This document shows, one piece after another, positions 1-11,928 of a DNA stretch of 64,000 bases; the stretch's first letter is position 1; every line of letters begins with the position of its first letter. Location of the stretch: assembly GCF_006345805.1 (NCBI RefSeq), contig NC_043010.1, positions 16,678,001 to 16,742,000 of the forward strand. Direction: 5' to 3'. A program made the translations under genes and the position numbers. This stretch comes from Octopus sinensis (lineage: Eukaryota). Below the pieces are notes generated by a model. That model saw only the letters and a program-made list of their open reading frames with translations, searched no databases and was not told the DNA's origin.

Positions 1-392
1 TGATTAGCTTTGTATAAAAAAAAAAACACTCCTATCTTTTTGCCTTTACAACTTTACTCCTGTGCTGCTAATATTCAAATGCATTCCATTAATTTAAGTT
101 TTACAAAGATGCAAATTTATTGCTCACAGCCTTTATATACAGCAACAGGCTTTAAAAATTATCCAAGACATAAGTTTTTCTGAAATAACAATATATTTAA
201 TATTCTAGAATTGTCAGAAAATCCAGGATAACCCAATACGGTATTGATTCTCTGATCTTTTGCCCTTGGTCACTTTTGCTCTCTCCTGATGGAAGGATCA
301 CAGCACTGCCATTCAGGTGGATGCTCTACCTGTCATTGCTGTAAGCTGTAACCCTGGTGTCTTCATAGATCCGACAGATCCACTTATATAGA

Positions 393-815
393 AGCCATCC
401 GAGCGAAGAGCACCATCCGAGTGAAAAGCACCACCCAAGCGTGAAAGAGCACCATCCAAGCGTGATCATTGCCAGAGCGGCTAACTGGCTCCCGTGCCAG
501 TGACATGTAAAAGGCACCATTTGAGCATGATCGTTACCAGCGTTGCCTTACTTGCACCTGTGCCGGTGGCAAGTGTAAAAAGATTCAAGTGAGGTCATTG
601 CTAGTACCACCTGACTGGCCCCCATGCCGGTGGCACGTAAAAGCACCCACTACACTCTCGGAGTGGTTGGCGTTAGGAAGAGCATCCAACTGTAGAAACT
701 CTGCTAGATCAAGATTGGAGCCTGGTGTAGCCATCTGGTTTGCCAGCTCTCAGTCAAATTGTCCAAACCATGCTAGCATGGAAAACGGACGTTAAACGAT
801 GATGATGATGATGAT
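393..815 (+). mobile_element. RTE LINE 3' UTR fragment with hairpin repeats and (GAT)n tail
   Basis: Matches the 3' UTR of the long RTE at 36598-37100 (GTGCCGGTGGCAC...AAAAGCACCCACTACACTCTCGGAGTGGTTGGCGTTAGGAAG...GGACGTTAAAC(GAT)n); starts with ~4 short AGCACCATCCGAGCGTG-like repeats. Confidence 0.85.
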
Positions 816-1412
816 GTAGCCAAAGGATAGGGAAGTCTTGGTAGAACATAAGCATCACATAGTTCTTAGCTGGTTTTGGTTTGCCATCATGGCCAGACCA
901 TTTCACCTCATTGTTGCATATGGCATAAATATAAATGGTGTAGATTGCCAGGTCTTGTCACCCAGCATGTAAAAGATCACACAAGACGGTCTTCAAACTA
1001 GAACATGCTGGAGTTTGGAACTGAGAGGAGTATAGTATTAAATGGATTAGAAAACAAGATGGACCTCATCAACAACTGTAGCACTTAGAAGACAAACAAA
1101 TGGTATTTGGAACAGGTAGGATATCTGTCAGTAATTCAATTCTAACCTGTACAACACTCTTATTTTCCAAATTACAGCTAACATTTCAGAAGCATGGACC
1201 TTCAAATTTGAGGCTACATTCCAGCTAAGTTTTGAAATGCAGTGCTTAGGGGCTAAACAAGGAATAACAATATGAGACAGGTGGAGGAATAGTACCATAA
1301 GAAAAGATCTTCAAATGATGCATATATAAACACACACACACACACACAGAGCTACAAACACACAAACACCTCCCCACTTTACACTAAAGGACCATAAGCT
1401 GGATTTCTTTAA

Positions 1413-1633
1413 CCCTTTCGTTACTGTATATATTTTGAGATGCTCTGTGTTTCTTCCAATTATTTTAAATATAAGAAAGAATTTAGTAAAATAACATCGT
1501 TATCATTGAGCTAGTGTTAGGAACATAAATTGTGACTAAAATTTGGTGGAAATTTTGAATTCAAAACTTATGAAAACAAGACATTTATACTAAAGAGCCA
1601 GAGCTGGTTTCAGCCGGGTTGGTAACAAAAGGG
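1413..1633. mobile_element. piggyBac-type MITE
   Basis: TIRs CCCTTTCGTTAC (1413-1424) and GTAACAAAAGGG (1622-1633), 11/12 match; TTAA on both sides (1409-1412, 1634-1637); no coding capacity. Confidence 0.8.
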
Positions 1634-2449
1634 TTAATAAACCTCTCATCAGACTTATTTCCCCCACGAAATCTGATGATGTTTTGGTAAATGTATTCTT
1701 GATAGGAGTATCCCTATCATAAGCTGAGCACAAGAGATGTGATCACTTGGTTCCACATTTTCCTAACCAAAGCTAAAACTTCTTCTCTCTGGGTTGATAT
1801 CTCTAAACTCTTATTCCTGTCTTTCTCCCCATTCTTGTAAACAAAACCTGAAAGATTTGCTAAGAACCTCTCACCTTTATCTCACTCAGACATTGATGTT
1901 ATTTCGATATGGCACAAAACTCCCTTTTAGCATTTAACAATAAATGATAGTCCTGAACGGCCACTAATGACTAGCTTCAGAACAACCAGTAACTTGGTAG
2001 GTGGAAACTGTGTCGAAGCCTATGGGTTTGTTTATTTATCTGTGTAAAACTAGTTTTCTGTCAAAAAAGTATAACTTATTAATTTGATAATTATAGATGA
2101 ATAATGAGGTGAACATGACTGAGTAAAAACTCTTGAATGCAGTGCTCCAGCATGGCCAAAGTTCAATAACCGAAACCAGTAAAAGAATAAAAGAATGTGT
2201 GTCTGTGTTATTGTATCTAATGATAAACTAAGTGAATCTAGGTTGGTTTTGAAAAGTATGCGATGGAGGAGGAGGAGGAAGAGCAAAGAGGAAACATCCT
2301 AGAACAAAGCGGAAAAGAATGGTAAGGGTGGAGTAGGAGGAAAGATGGTGGAGGAAGTTGTGATAGAAACTGGCAAAGTAATTCTTCTTTATTGATGATG
2401 ATGGTGCTGCTGCTGATCCACCTACTTTCTTTGAACAATAATATTGATG

Positions 2450-2695
2450 CACCACCACCACCACCACCACCACCACCACCACCACCACCACCACCACCAC
2501 CACCACCACCACCACCCCACCACCACCACCACACCACCACCACCACCACCACCACCACCACCACCACCACCACAAAAATTGTCATCACCATCACCACCAC
2601 CACCACCACCACCACCACCACCACCACCACCACCACCCCCACCACCACCACCACCACCACCACCACAAAAATTGTCATCACCATCACTGCCACCA
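2450..2695. repeat. (CAC)n microsatellite with an internal ~92-bp duplication
   Basis: CAC runs interrupted twice by AAAATTGTCATCACCATCAC (~2575 and ~2667); explains the poly-P/H/T/V/W/G ORFs. Confidence 0.95.
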
Positions 2696-2852
2696 CTATT
2701 ATTTTCAGCCTCACTACAAGCTACACTAACAGTGCCAATGAAGGAACCTCTACATGGTCATGCTGTATGCTAGAAATAACAACCAGATCTCTTTCATATC
2801 ACACATTGCTGGTTTAAGTGAAAAGATATGTCAGAACATGCATGTGGTACAC

Positions 2853-2938
<86 letters not shown>
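2853..2938. repeat. (TG)n(AG)n compound microsatellite
   Basis: Directly visible. Confidence 0.95.
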
Positions 2939-2940
<2 letters not shown>

Positions 2941-3365
2941 CATGGTGATCATATTTTAATGTCTTTGATTGTAGATCCACTTCAACAGGGTTGGCCTTGG
3001 GTTAAGCAGTTGTCAGTTATGGATGGTTGCTATTATAACATTGGGGCTGAAGTGTTCTTGGGATAAAACCATTCCCGCGACCCAGTTTCAATTTCCATTG
3101 AAACTGTTTCGCTTTTCTGTTTTTTGCTGCTACAAATATGGTGTCGGCTCCTCTAAATTACCATTTCTTATCTGACTTCCATTAAAGCTTCGTCAAGTCA
3201 CCAACCAATCTTATTCTTATTCCTTAAACTGAGTCAATCAGGAAACCTTGAAATAGTTGCTAAACCTGCTAGAAAGAGCAGTCAATTTCTTCAAATCCTA
3301 CCCTGCCATTTTACAAAGTCACCAATCTCTTCCCCACTACTCCCTTCTCCCACATGAGGAGGGTC

Positions 3366-3593
3366 TTTGCCTTGCAAGTTACTTGGTGACCCTGTCAGCG
3401 TTGGTGCCACATAAAAAGCATCCATTACACTATGTAAAGTGGTTGGTGTAAGGAAGGGCATCCAGCTGTAGAAATCCTGCTAAAACAGACAATGGGACCT
3501 GGTGTGGCTCCCTGCCTTACCAGCTTCCTGTCAAACCGTTCAACCCATACCAGCATGAAAAACAAACGTTAAATGATAATGCTGCTGATGATA
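3366..3593 (+). mobile_element. Diverged RTE 3' end
   Basis: GGTGCCACATAAAAAGCA...AGGAAGGGCATCCAGCTGTAGAAA...CAACCCATACCAGCATGAAAAACAAACGTTAAATGAT matches the RTE tail with many substitutions. Confidence 0.75.
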
Positions 3594-4799
3594 ATTTCCT
3601 CACTCCCTCTCCCTGCCAAAAAAGGGTAGGGGGTCCTACCCAAAATGTTAGACTCATCTTCCTTTACAACAAAATAGGAAAAATCTCAAGAGTTTCCACA
3701 TATTCTACCCTTTCCTTTTGAAGATGAAGAATGTCTTGTAATTTCTCCATTTTTGTTGGCAGAGGACTTGTTGTCCTTCGCACTTTCGACACACCTTTAG
3801 TTTATTGTAGTCACATATTTATGAACATTTTTAGATTTTTATCAAGTATTTCAGAAGTAAAAATACAATGTTTTTGTGACCCTTTTAGAAGTTGAGAATT
3901 ACTGATGTAGAGGGCTCCCTCATTGACTGATCCAAATGGTTCCCTCACTGGTTGGTACAAACAGCTTCCTCATTGGTTAACAAAGAGGCTTCTCTCATTG
4001 GCTGATAAGGATATCCCTGTTAACAAATGTAAAATTCTTTCCTATTATAATTCTATTTTCATCTTAGAATGTCTTGGTTTCAAATTTTGGCACAAGGCCA
4101 GTAATTTGGGGGGAGTGGGGTAAGTTGATTACGTCAACCCCAGAGCGTAACTGATCCTTATTTTATTGACCCTGAAAGGATGAAATACCACTAAGCATTT
4201 TGCCTGGCGTGGTAACAATTCAGCCATCTTGCTGTCTTATCGTGTAGAAATATTAATTGACCCCACGACTTTACTGTGCTTTATTTCCGTTAGAGTTTGA
4301 TCTCAGAATGTAAACAGCCATAACTAAATAGCACAACCATTTTGTCCTTGGTTCTAATGATTCAGCCAATCTTACTAATTTTACTATTGACCAATTTTGA
4401 ACTTGCAAACACTCCACTGGTTGTTTGCTCCCTTACTGACCAAGCCATCTTGTTTATTGAATGATATAGCCCCGAGATCAGCCTAGCTCTAGAATCAGGC
4501 CTATGGTCAAACTCAGGCAAAGATTAATGATCAAAGACTGTGTCCTTCTCTTTATAAGATGGCAAGCTATGATTTAACTACTATTTCTACAAATACTGTA
4601 GTCCCATAAAACTCCTTTGCTGGCTTGTTGTTTAACCGAAAGTGAACCCTAATCGAACAGATGATGACTTACAAAGAGATTCCAGTTTTGATCATCCTGT
4701 TTTACTTACAGTGAGTATTTACAGTTACAACAATAACCACCACCACCACAACAACAACAACAATCATCATTGTCAATATTATTTTAGATCTTACTAGCA

Positions 4800-5103
4800 C
4801 TTGTACTGGTGGCACATGAAACATTCGAGCAAGGTCGTCGCCAGTGCCGATGGACTAGCTCCTGTGCAGGTGGCACATAAAAAGCACCATTTGGGCCCGG
4901 CCATTGCCAGTACCACCAAACTGGCCCTCATGCCGGTGGCACTTAAAAGCACCCACTACATTCTCAGAGTGGTTGGCGTTAGGAAGGGCATCCAGCTGTA
5001 GAAACTCTGCCAGATCAGATTGGAGTCTGGTTCGCCAGACCTCAGTCAAATTGTCCAACCCAAGTTAGCATGGAAAGCGGACGTTAAATGATGATGATGA
5101 TGA
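4800..5103 (+). mobile_element. RTE 3' UTR fragment
   Basis: Three hairpin repeat units, the conserved terminal block and a (GAT)n tail. Confidence 0.85.
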
Positions 5104-7093
5104 ATCCACTTCTCTATGTTAGTGTGGCATCTGGCAGAATTTGTTGAGGCAGATTTTCTATGGCCAGAAACCCTTTCAGTCACTAACTTGCACCTTTTTC
5201 CAAGAAAAGGTAAGTAAGAATTTGGTAAAGTGTAACCAATTTAAAATATGAGTGGGGTACAAGTAATGTAGTAAGGGTGACAGGCTAGCAGAGAAGGATT
5301 TGGTGTGCTGCAAACGCACAAGAGGCAAAGCTGCCATTAAATAACTTCCTTGAAATAGCTGAAAGACTCTCAATAAGTAATTGATTAGTTGATTTAATTG
5401 AGTTTCAAGACTGTAAGCAATTAGAGATGGAGTCATTAGCACGGAGGTACTTTATGAGGCTTGAGTACAAAAGGAGCTGGTACTTGGAAGTGAACGATGA
5501 GCTTTGAAACTGAGAGGTGTACACAAATTGGAAAGAAATCAGGTGAATCTGATCTGTTTGATGTTTAATGTTTGTGTAAATGAATAATGGAGCAGAGATG
5601 AGCTGAGAGAAAAATTGGAAATAAGAGAAAATTGTTGTAATATTGTGAGAGAGAGAGAGGGCTGCCTTGTAGAAAGATATGACATGTATGGAGGATAAGG
5701 GTTTTGGTGAAGAAATGTCCAGTAAAAGTGCAGAAGGAGAAAAGTGAAGAAGTAGAAAGAAGCGGAGAAGGTGAGACTAGAGACCGGAATAAATTTTGAG
5801 TCATCGGATTGGAGAAGGGCTGTCCAGTTCAGACAAGTGTGGAAATACAGTAGATGTAAAACAACCATCACTAGCACCAGTACTACCACCACCACCACCA
5901 CCACTGCCGCCGCCACCACCACCACCATCATCATCACTGTAAATGTTTTCTTTATATCTATTGCTACTACTGCTACCACCATCACAATTATTATTCATAC
6001 TACTACCATTGTCACCACTACTGCCACTACTACTAATAGTCTCACAATTTCCACTGTTATTATTTACTCTTATCCCCCCCCCATTTCTAGTATCACTCTC
6101 ACTAATATTATTGCTACCACTCCCACAATGTTGTCTAGTAATATCTACATCTCCCTCCCACACCACCACCACCACCACTGGTGGGTGCACAACACAAGCA
6201 GCAACAACTGTACAAAGAATTGGTTCTCCACATGCAAGTGAACATGCAACAATGCACACACTGCAGCAGTTATGGGGAGAGAGAAAGAGAGAGATGGAGA
6301 TAAAAACAGACAGAGAGAAAGCCACCACCCCCTTCTTGCCATACCTTCACCCCCTCCCCCTCACCACTATTACTGGTATGATGTCTTCCAACAGCACCCT
6401 GTGAAGCTACCACTTCCAAGTCCCTCATATCAGAAATGACCAACACCACCACCAACCAGGTGGCCCCTGTGTAGTCACTTGATCTTCCTGGAAATAGCAA
6501 TCAAATCTTCAAATATCTCATCAATTAAAAATACGACACGAAATGATGCAGTCGTAGACATCCTCTCAAGACGTTGGGAAAGTCACATGTGGAACGTCTT
6601 TGATCATAAATAACTCTGCTGAATGACGGGGGTTTGATGATAACATGCTGAACTACTAAAACTGCCACACTGCCATCTACTACCATCACCACACTGCAAC
6701 ACTACCAATACATCAGCCGATTCCTGTGACCACAAGACAACATCTAACGATACCACCACCACCACCACCACCACCACTACTACTACACCCCCAATACCAC
6801 CCCCACCCCCACTGCTGTCTCCTCACTACTGCCGCTACCAAGATAAAACTGAAGAAAAACTGTAAACTGTTGCATGGAGATCAATAAATCAAAGCTATCT
6901 ATCAGTATCAGTGCACTAGATATTGAAACTACTGCATGTGCAGCTGGTGCACAATAAAGTGCAACAGAAACGTTATCAGCCATTGCCTTGTGTTGTTATC
7001 AAACAGCAGTGAAATATGTCTTCCTAAGGGACATCAGTGTTTCCTTATATGGACACCGTGAGACACTATAGTCAATGTGACAGTTCTATAACC

Positions 7094-7392
7094 TGCAGCA
7101 TATAGGGGGCATATATATGAAAATTAGACTTGTTGGAACTCAAGAATTAAATTCAGAATTAAAAAGGTTAAACAGTTTAGGGGTGAAAGAAACCAACAAA
7201 GTATAAGTTGTTTTAGTGTTTTAAATTTGTTTCTGCATAGTTTTAATTGTCAGTTTGTTAGTTTTTTGTCTGTGAGGCAGACAGAGAAATGGCACTGGAG
7301 TTTGATAGAGATTGAACTCTTGAGCAGGTCACCCATTATCAACCACAGAATTATTGGTTGAGTGCAACAAACTTCTGTTTCAGGTTTACACA
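7094..7392. repeat. ~299-bp direct repeat, copy 1
   Basis: TGCAGCATATAGGGGGC...CAGGTTTACACA, nearly identical to 8308-8605. Confidence 0.95.
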
Positions 7393-8307
7393 GGTTTGTT
7401 TTGTGATAAGGTTGTTTTAGGTTCAATTCCATTGCATGGCACCTCAAATATATTGTTACTGTAGCCCAAAGTCAAGCAAAATCCTGTGAGTGGAAATTTA
7501 GTAAATCGAAATCTATGAGGAACTTTGTTGCAGAGACTTGGCTGTTATTGGCTGGTAGAGCCAGACTGTGGCCTGGACTAACCTCAACATCTTAATGGTG
7601 GTTTCCTTTAGCCAATCCCACTCAGTGGAGGTAATTGTTCTTCCCACCAGTCCCTTCTTGGTAACAGCAGGGGTTATTGTCCTTCTTCATGTAGATCAAG
7701 TCAATGTCTCTGCTACAGGAGCTATCCCATTGAGATGGACAGTGAGAAACTATAGTGGACATTGTCCAGCAATATCAAAGTCACTGGCCAGTTGCAACAT
7801 GGTGGTAGTAACAGCTGTAATATATTTGTGTCACTGTGTAACATAATGAATAGGAAACTGCAGTCTATGTGGCTGTCAATGGGTAACATGATTTAGTTCA
7901 TCTTGCAGCTCTAAGGAAACAAAATAAATCGACAGTGTTTTTAGGGGGTTGGGTTTATTCTTCTTTCCATCTATTTTGGGGTTCCCTATAAAAAGGTCAA
8001 AAGGTCAAGGATACTGCTTTGCTTCTGTGAACTGACTCACAAATATAAAATAAAAACAAGAGACAGTTCTCTATTAAACCTCCTTCACTCAGGAATTTCA
8101 TCAGAGTGATGGGCAGAAGACTGAAATTAAGAAGTTTAAACCAGAAAAAAATTAGAGAAAAGTCAAAAATCAGAAAGAAGAAGATCCTTTAAAGAAAGAA
8201 AAAAAAAGACTGTCATTTTTAAAGACACAGTTTTGCTAATAAAACAATTAGTTTGTCATTTTTAATTACACAGCTTAATTAGCTATTTTGAATATTTTCT
8301 GGTCATT

Positions 8308-8605
8308 TGCAGCATATAGGGGGCATATATATTAAAATTAGACTTGTTGGAACTCAAGAATTAAATTCAGAATTAAAAAGGTTAAACAGTTTAGGGGTGA
8401 AAGAAACCAACAAAGTATAAGTTGTTTTAGTGTTTTAAATTTGTTTCTGCATAGTTTTAATTGTCAGTTTGTTAGTTTTTTTGTCTGTGATGCAGACAGA
8501 GAAATGGCACTGGAGTTTGATAGAGATTGAACTCTTGAGCAGGTCACCCATTATCAACCACGGAATTATTGGTTGAGTGCAACAAACTTGTTTCAGGTTT
8601 ACACA
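8308..8605. repeat. ~299-bp direct repeat, copy 2
   Basis: Differs from 7094-7392 at only about six positions read by eye. Confidence 0.95.
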
Positions 8606-9970
8606 AATGCTTCTCTTTCTTATATTTCTTAAAGTATTTTGTATGTTAAAACTTATTTCATACTTCACTTATCACAAGATAAGTTGTAATCATGGGATTA
8701 GAAGATTTAAAGGGTTCTAGAGAATTATAGACTTGGTGAAGTACTGGACAAATGTCTTCCAATATTTGGTTAAGGCTTTTTTCAATCTGTGTTCCAATCC
8801 TGCAAAGCCCTACATTGCTTTTTATTCTTCTGGAGTTGATAGAAATAAAGTACCAGTAAAGTAACCGGGTAGATTTTTATTTAGCAGCTGCACAATAAAA
8901 GATTATAGTTAAGATTAACTGGGATTAGAAATGTGATTGGTTGATGAACTTTGGCCAGTCAGCTGAGCGATTCTTCGATAACGATGATGGAGCAATAATG
9001 AGCTGATTTTCAATATTTGATTGGTTAGAACCCTTGATGCCAAGGATCAGATGTAGCTGATCTGACTAAGGGTAGGTTATGCAACAACAACAACAGCAAC
9101 ATTACCAACATTAATAATCAACAACAACAACAACAATAGCTACAAAAGAAGTGGTAATAAAAATGGAAATTGAAAATTGTGGAAGAGGAAATGGGATTCA
9201 ATGTGTTGATGAGAGAAGAATGGGGTGTGATGTGGGGGGGGGTATTTAGAGTGTGGGGGGAGGGAATAAGGAGCATGTGGGGTGTCAGAATAAGAGAATG
9301 GTGGGCAAGAATAAATAAAAGAAATAATTAATAAAGTGGATGGCCGAGAGAGAGAGAGAGAGGTTGTAAGGAAATGAAACATTGCTAAACATAGAGATGT
9401 GTAAACACATAGAGAAGCAAACATATGTAGAAAAAGCAAACGAAGCGCACACAATAGGGCCCCTCATGGATTGGGTCCTTCTATAGAAGTTATAAATAAT
9501 AAACATATTCAATGCTTGCACTTGATGAATTTTTTTTCTATTGTTGTTGTTGTTGTTGCTATTGTCACTGAATCGACATCAATGCTGCTATAATTATTTT
9601 CAATGATGTGCCATAGAATTTCTGGCAACTCTCTTACTGGTTTCAGCCAGTGGACAGTGGCCATGCTGGACTAAGGCTCAAACTGCAATAGGATTTTGAT
9701 TTCAAGTTGCAGTGAAAATGGTTGAAAAATTACTAGTTTTGATAATTTCTGCTCTGGGTTCAAATCTCACAGTTTCCATGGTAATTAGTGGTCAAATTAA
9801 ATTTATGTTCTGATGCTAATGCAAGGAATTATCACAACCACCAGCACTTCCATCATCATCACCATTATCTCATCATTACCAAAATTAAATGGCAGTGAAA
9901 CACAGGGGTCAGTGTAATCACTCCCACCAAATTTCTTGTGCCTTTAGTAGAAAGGATTGTTGTTGTTGTT

Positions 9971-10185
9971 GTTAGCATAGTGGGCAAAATGCTTAGTGAC
10001 GTTTGGTCTGTTTTTACGTTCTGTGTTCAAATGCTGCAGTGGTTGACTTTGCCTTTCATCCTATTGGGGGTTGGTGAAATAAGTACCAGTTGAATACTGG
10101 TTAGGGTTAGGGTTAGGGTTAGGGTTAGGATCTAATTGACTCATTCCCTCTCCCCTGAAATTGCTGGCTTCTGCCAAAATTTCAA
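9971..10185 (+). mobile_element. tRNA-derived SINE family A (5'-truncated) carrying a (TTAGGG)n insertion
   Basis: AAATGCTTAG...GTTCAAAT...GACTTTGCCTTTCATCC...AAGTACCAGTTG, as in 13685 and 14890; TTAGGG x4 plus TTAGGA at 10101-10130. Confidence 0.8.
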
Positions 10186-10218
10186 ATCATCGTGATCATC
10201 ATCATCATTATTATTATG

Positions 10219-10540
10219 TGAAGGCGCATGACTCAGTGGTTAGAGAATCGAGCTTACACTCATGAGGTTGTAAGTTCAATTCCCAGATCGGGCTGTGTGT
10301 TATGTTCTTGAGCAAGACACTTTATTTCATGTTGCTCCAGTTCATTCAGCTGTAGAAATGAGTTGCAATGTCACTGGTGCCAAGCTGTATCAGCCCCTTT
10401 GCCTTTCCCTTGGATAACCTCAGTGGTGGGGAAGAGGGGAGGCGACTGCTGGTCTTCCATAAAACAACCTTGGCCGGCCTCAGAGGGTAACTTTCTAGGT
10501 GCAATCCCATGGTCATTCATGACCGAAGGGGGGTCACCAC
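10219..10540 (+). mobile_element. tRNA-derived SINE family C
   Basis: A-box-like GACTCAGTGGTTAG, B-box-like GTTCAATTCC, central TTCTTGAGCAAGACAC; matches 42715-43015. Confidence 0.8.
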
Positions 10541-10615
10541 CCTCTATCATTATTATTATTATTATTATTATTATTTGACATTTGATAGCTTCAGGCAAAC
10601 TTCTACTGCATCACC

Positions 10616-11927
10616 TGTTACACCTCTATATTGCTGAGGTGTATGCATGTGTCGTTGTTGTTGGGGGGGGGGCAAGGGAATACAGACACCAAGGGGATAG
10701 GCTGCAGTCTTTTATTAGATAAGTGTTTGTATTGTATGTTGTGTGTGCAATGCAAACTGTGTTCTGTGGTGTGGTGATGAAGGAGTGTGACGGGACGGGC
10801 GGGAGCGGAAGTGATGCTTACAGGTCTTGCAGGGCGCATGCGCCGGCGGAAGCGGAAGCGACAGACTCAACGCACGTGCAGCATCGACTGGCTGCGACAG
10901 ACCCCAGCAAGGCACCGAGACGACAACACGCGAGCAAGTTGGCTGAAGGCCATCCGACTTCATCCCCTGTCAGGTAAGACCTTATTGCACTTCTGTTTCC
11001 TATTTCCTTGTTTCCGTTGTGCTCCTTTCATCAACCACAAACTATTTCGGCATTTAGTCAGCGTTCACATTTTTTTCAACACGATGTCGGCAAAAATTAG
11101 GATCGCCAGTGACGTCGTCAGACCTTTTAACGGCGAAGGCGATGTAGTGGCCTGGATTCAGAAAATCAGGCTGGTGGCGAGACTGCAGGGCATAAGCGAC
11201 GTGGCGAGTCTTATGGCCCTGTATTTGGAAGGAAGTGCGTTGTCGCTTTACCTAGAAATGGACGAAAAAGAACGGCTCTGCGATGGGAATATAGAGCGGC
11301 GCTCGTGTGACGCATACACGGAATGCGAGTACACAGCTTTCGCTAAGCTGGGTGCAATCAGGTGGACGGGAGGCCAGGTGGATGATTTTGCGGCGGAAGC
11401 TAGAAGGCTAGCGACTCTGGCCGGGTTTGCCGGAGAAGGACTGGAGAGAGCAGCCCGACTGGCATTCGTAAATGGGTTCCCCGATGATGTAGGGATTCAC
11501 CTACAACAACTACCCGGGGTCAAAAAGATGCCATTGAGCGAGCTTGTAACTCATGCTCGTGGGTTGACGAGACACTCGGGGCGGAAGGGGATAGCGATGG
11601 CGGCGACGGAGGCGCGTAAAGACGGACGACGTCCCGAGAAAGAGGTATGGAAGCCCACCGTGCAACGAGAGCGGCCGTTCTCAGGACGATGTTTTAAATG
11701 CCAGGGACCGCACATGGCGCGGGACTGTACGCAGCTGGGGCCAGTTTGCTATCGATGCAGGCAGACAGGGCACATTGCCCGTGATTGCGGCCAGGGAAAC
11801 GACCGCGGGGAAGTTGCTGCCTCTCGAACTTTCCCCTCAAACGAGTAGAGGCGCTATTGGAGACACTGCCAGTGATTGATGTGGAGGCCGAGGGGGAGAC
11901 GTTCAAGGCCCTTGTGGATACGGGCTG
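10616..11927 (+). mobile_element. Ty3/Gypsy LTR retrotransposon, 5' fragment (LTR/leader, gag, start of protease)
   Basis: Starts with TGTTA at 10616; GC/CpG-rich; gag with zinc knuckles; -1 frame encodes LPVIDVEAEGETFKALVDTG, after which AT-rich sequence resumes. Confidence 0.85.
11084..11848 (+). CDS. gag: Retrotransposon Gag (~254 aa) with two zinc knuckles
   Basis: ORF 10787..11848, likely start at Met100 (MSAKIRIASDVVRPFNGEGDVVAWIQK...); CFKCQGPHMARDC (CX2CX3HX4C) and CYRCRQTGHIARDC (CX2CX4HX4C). Confidence 0.85.
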   Translation: MSAKIRIASDVVRPFNGEGDVVAWIQKIRLVARLQGISDVASLMALYLEGSALSLYLEMDEKERLCDGNIERRSCDAYTECEYTAFAKLGAIRWTGGQVDDFAAEARRLATLAGFAGEGLERAARLAFVNGFPDDVGIHLQQLPGVKKMPLSELVTHARGLTRHSGRKGIAMAATEARKDGRRPEKEVWKPTVQRERPFSGRCFKCQGPHMARDCTQLGPVCYRCRQTGHIARDCGQGNDRGEVAASRTFPSNE

Positions 11928-11928
11928 A
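11800..11928 (+). pseudogene. Truncated aspartic protease N-terminus in the -1 frame
   Basis: Frame is open from the GGGAAAC heptamer: RPRGSCCLSNFPLKRVEALLETLPVIDVEAEGETFKALVDTG*; the DTG catalytic triad is at 11917-11925. Confidence 0.8.

Noticed and set aside
1603-1651. Minus-strand CTGATGA...GAAAC
   Set aside because: Stem II cannot pair, there is no NUH or stem I, and it straddles a MITE end.
2228-2817. Poly-P/H/T/V/W/G ORFs
   Set aside because: Open on both strands and in several frames because (CAC)n has no stop codons.
6270-6500. 76-aa minus-strand ORF with splice-like ends
   Set aside because: Largely antisense to CAC/CCT low-complexity DNA; no recognisable domain.
7500-7860. Cys-containing peptides on the minus strand (CPSQWDSSC...NPCCYQ)
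   Set aside because: Stops in all frames; no family could be assigned with confidence.
10787-11083. N-terminal 99 aa of the 353-aa ORF
   Set aside because: Starts at a GTG in the LTR/leader with no Gag similarity; Met100 is the more plausible start.
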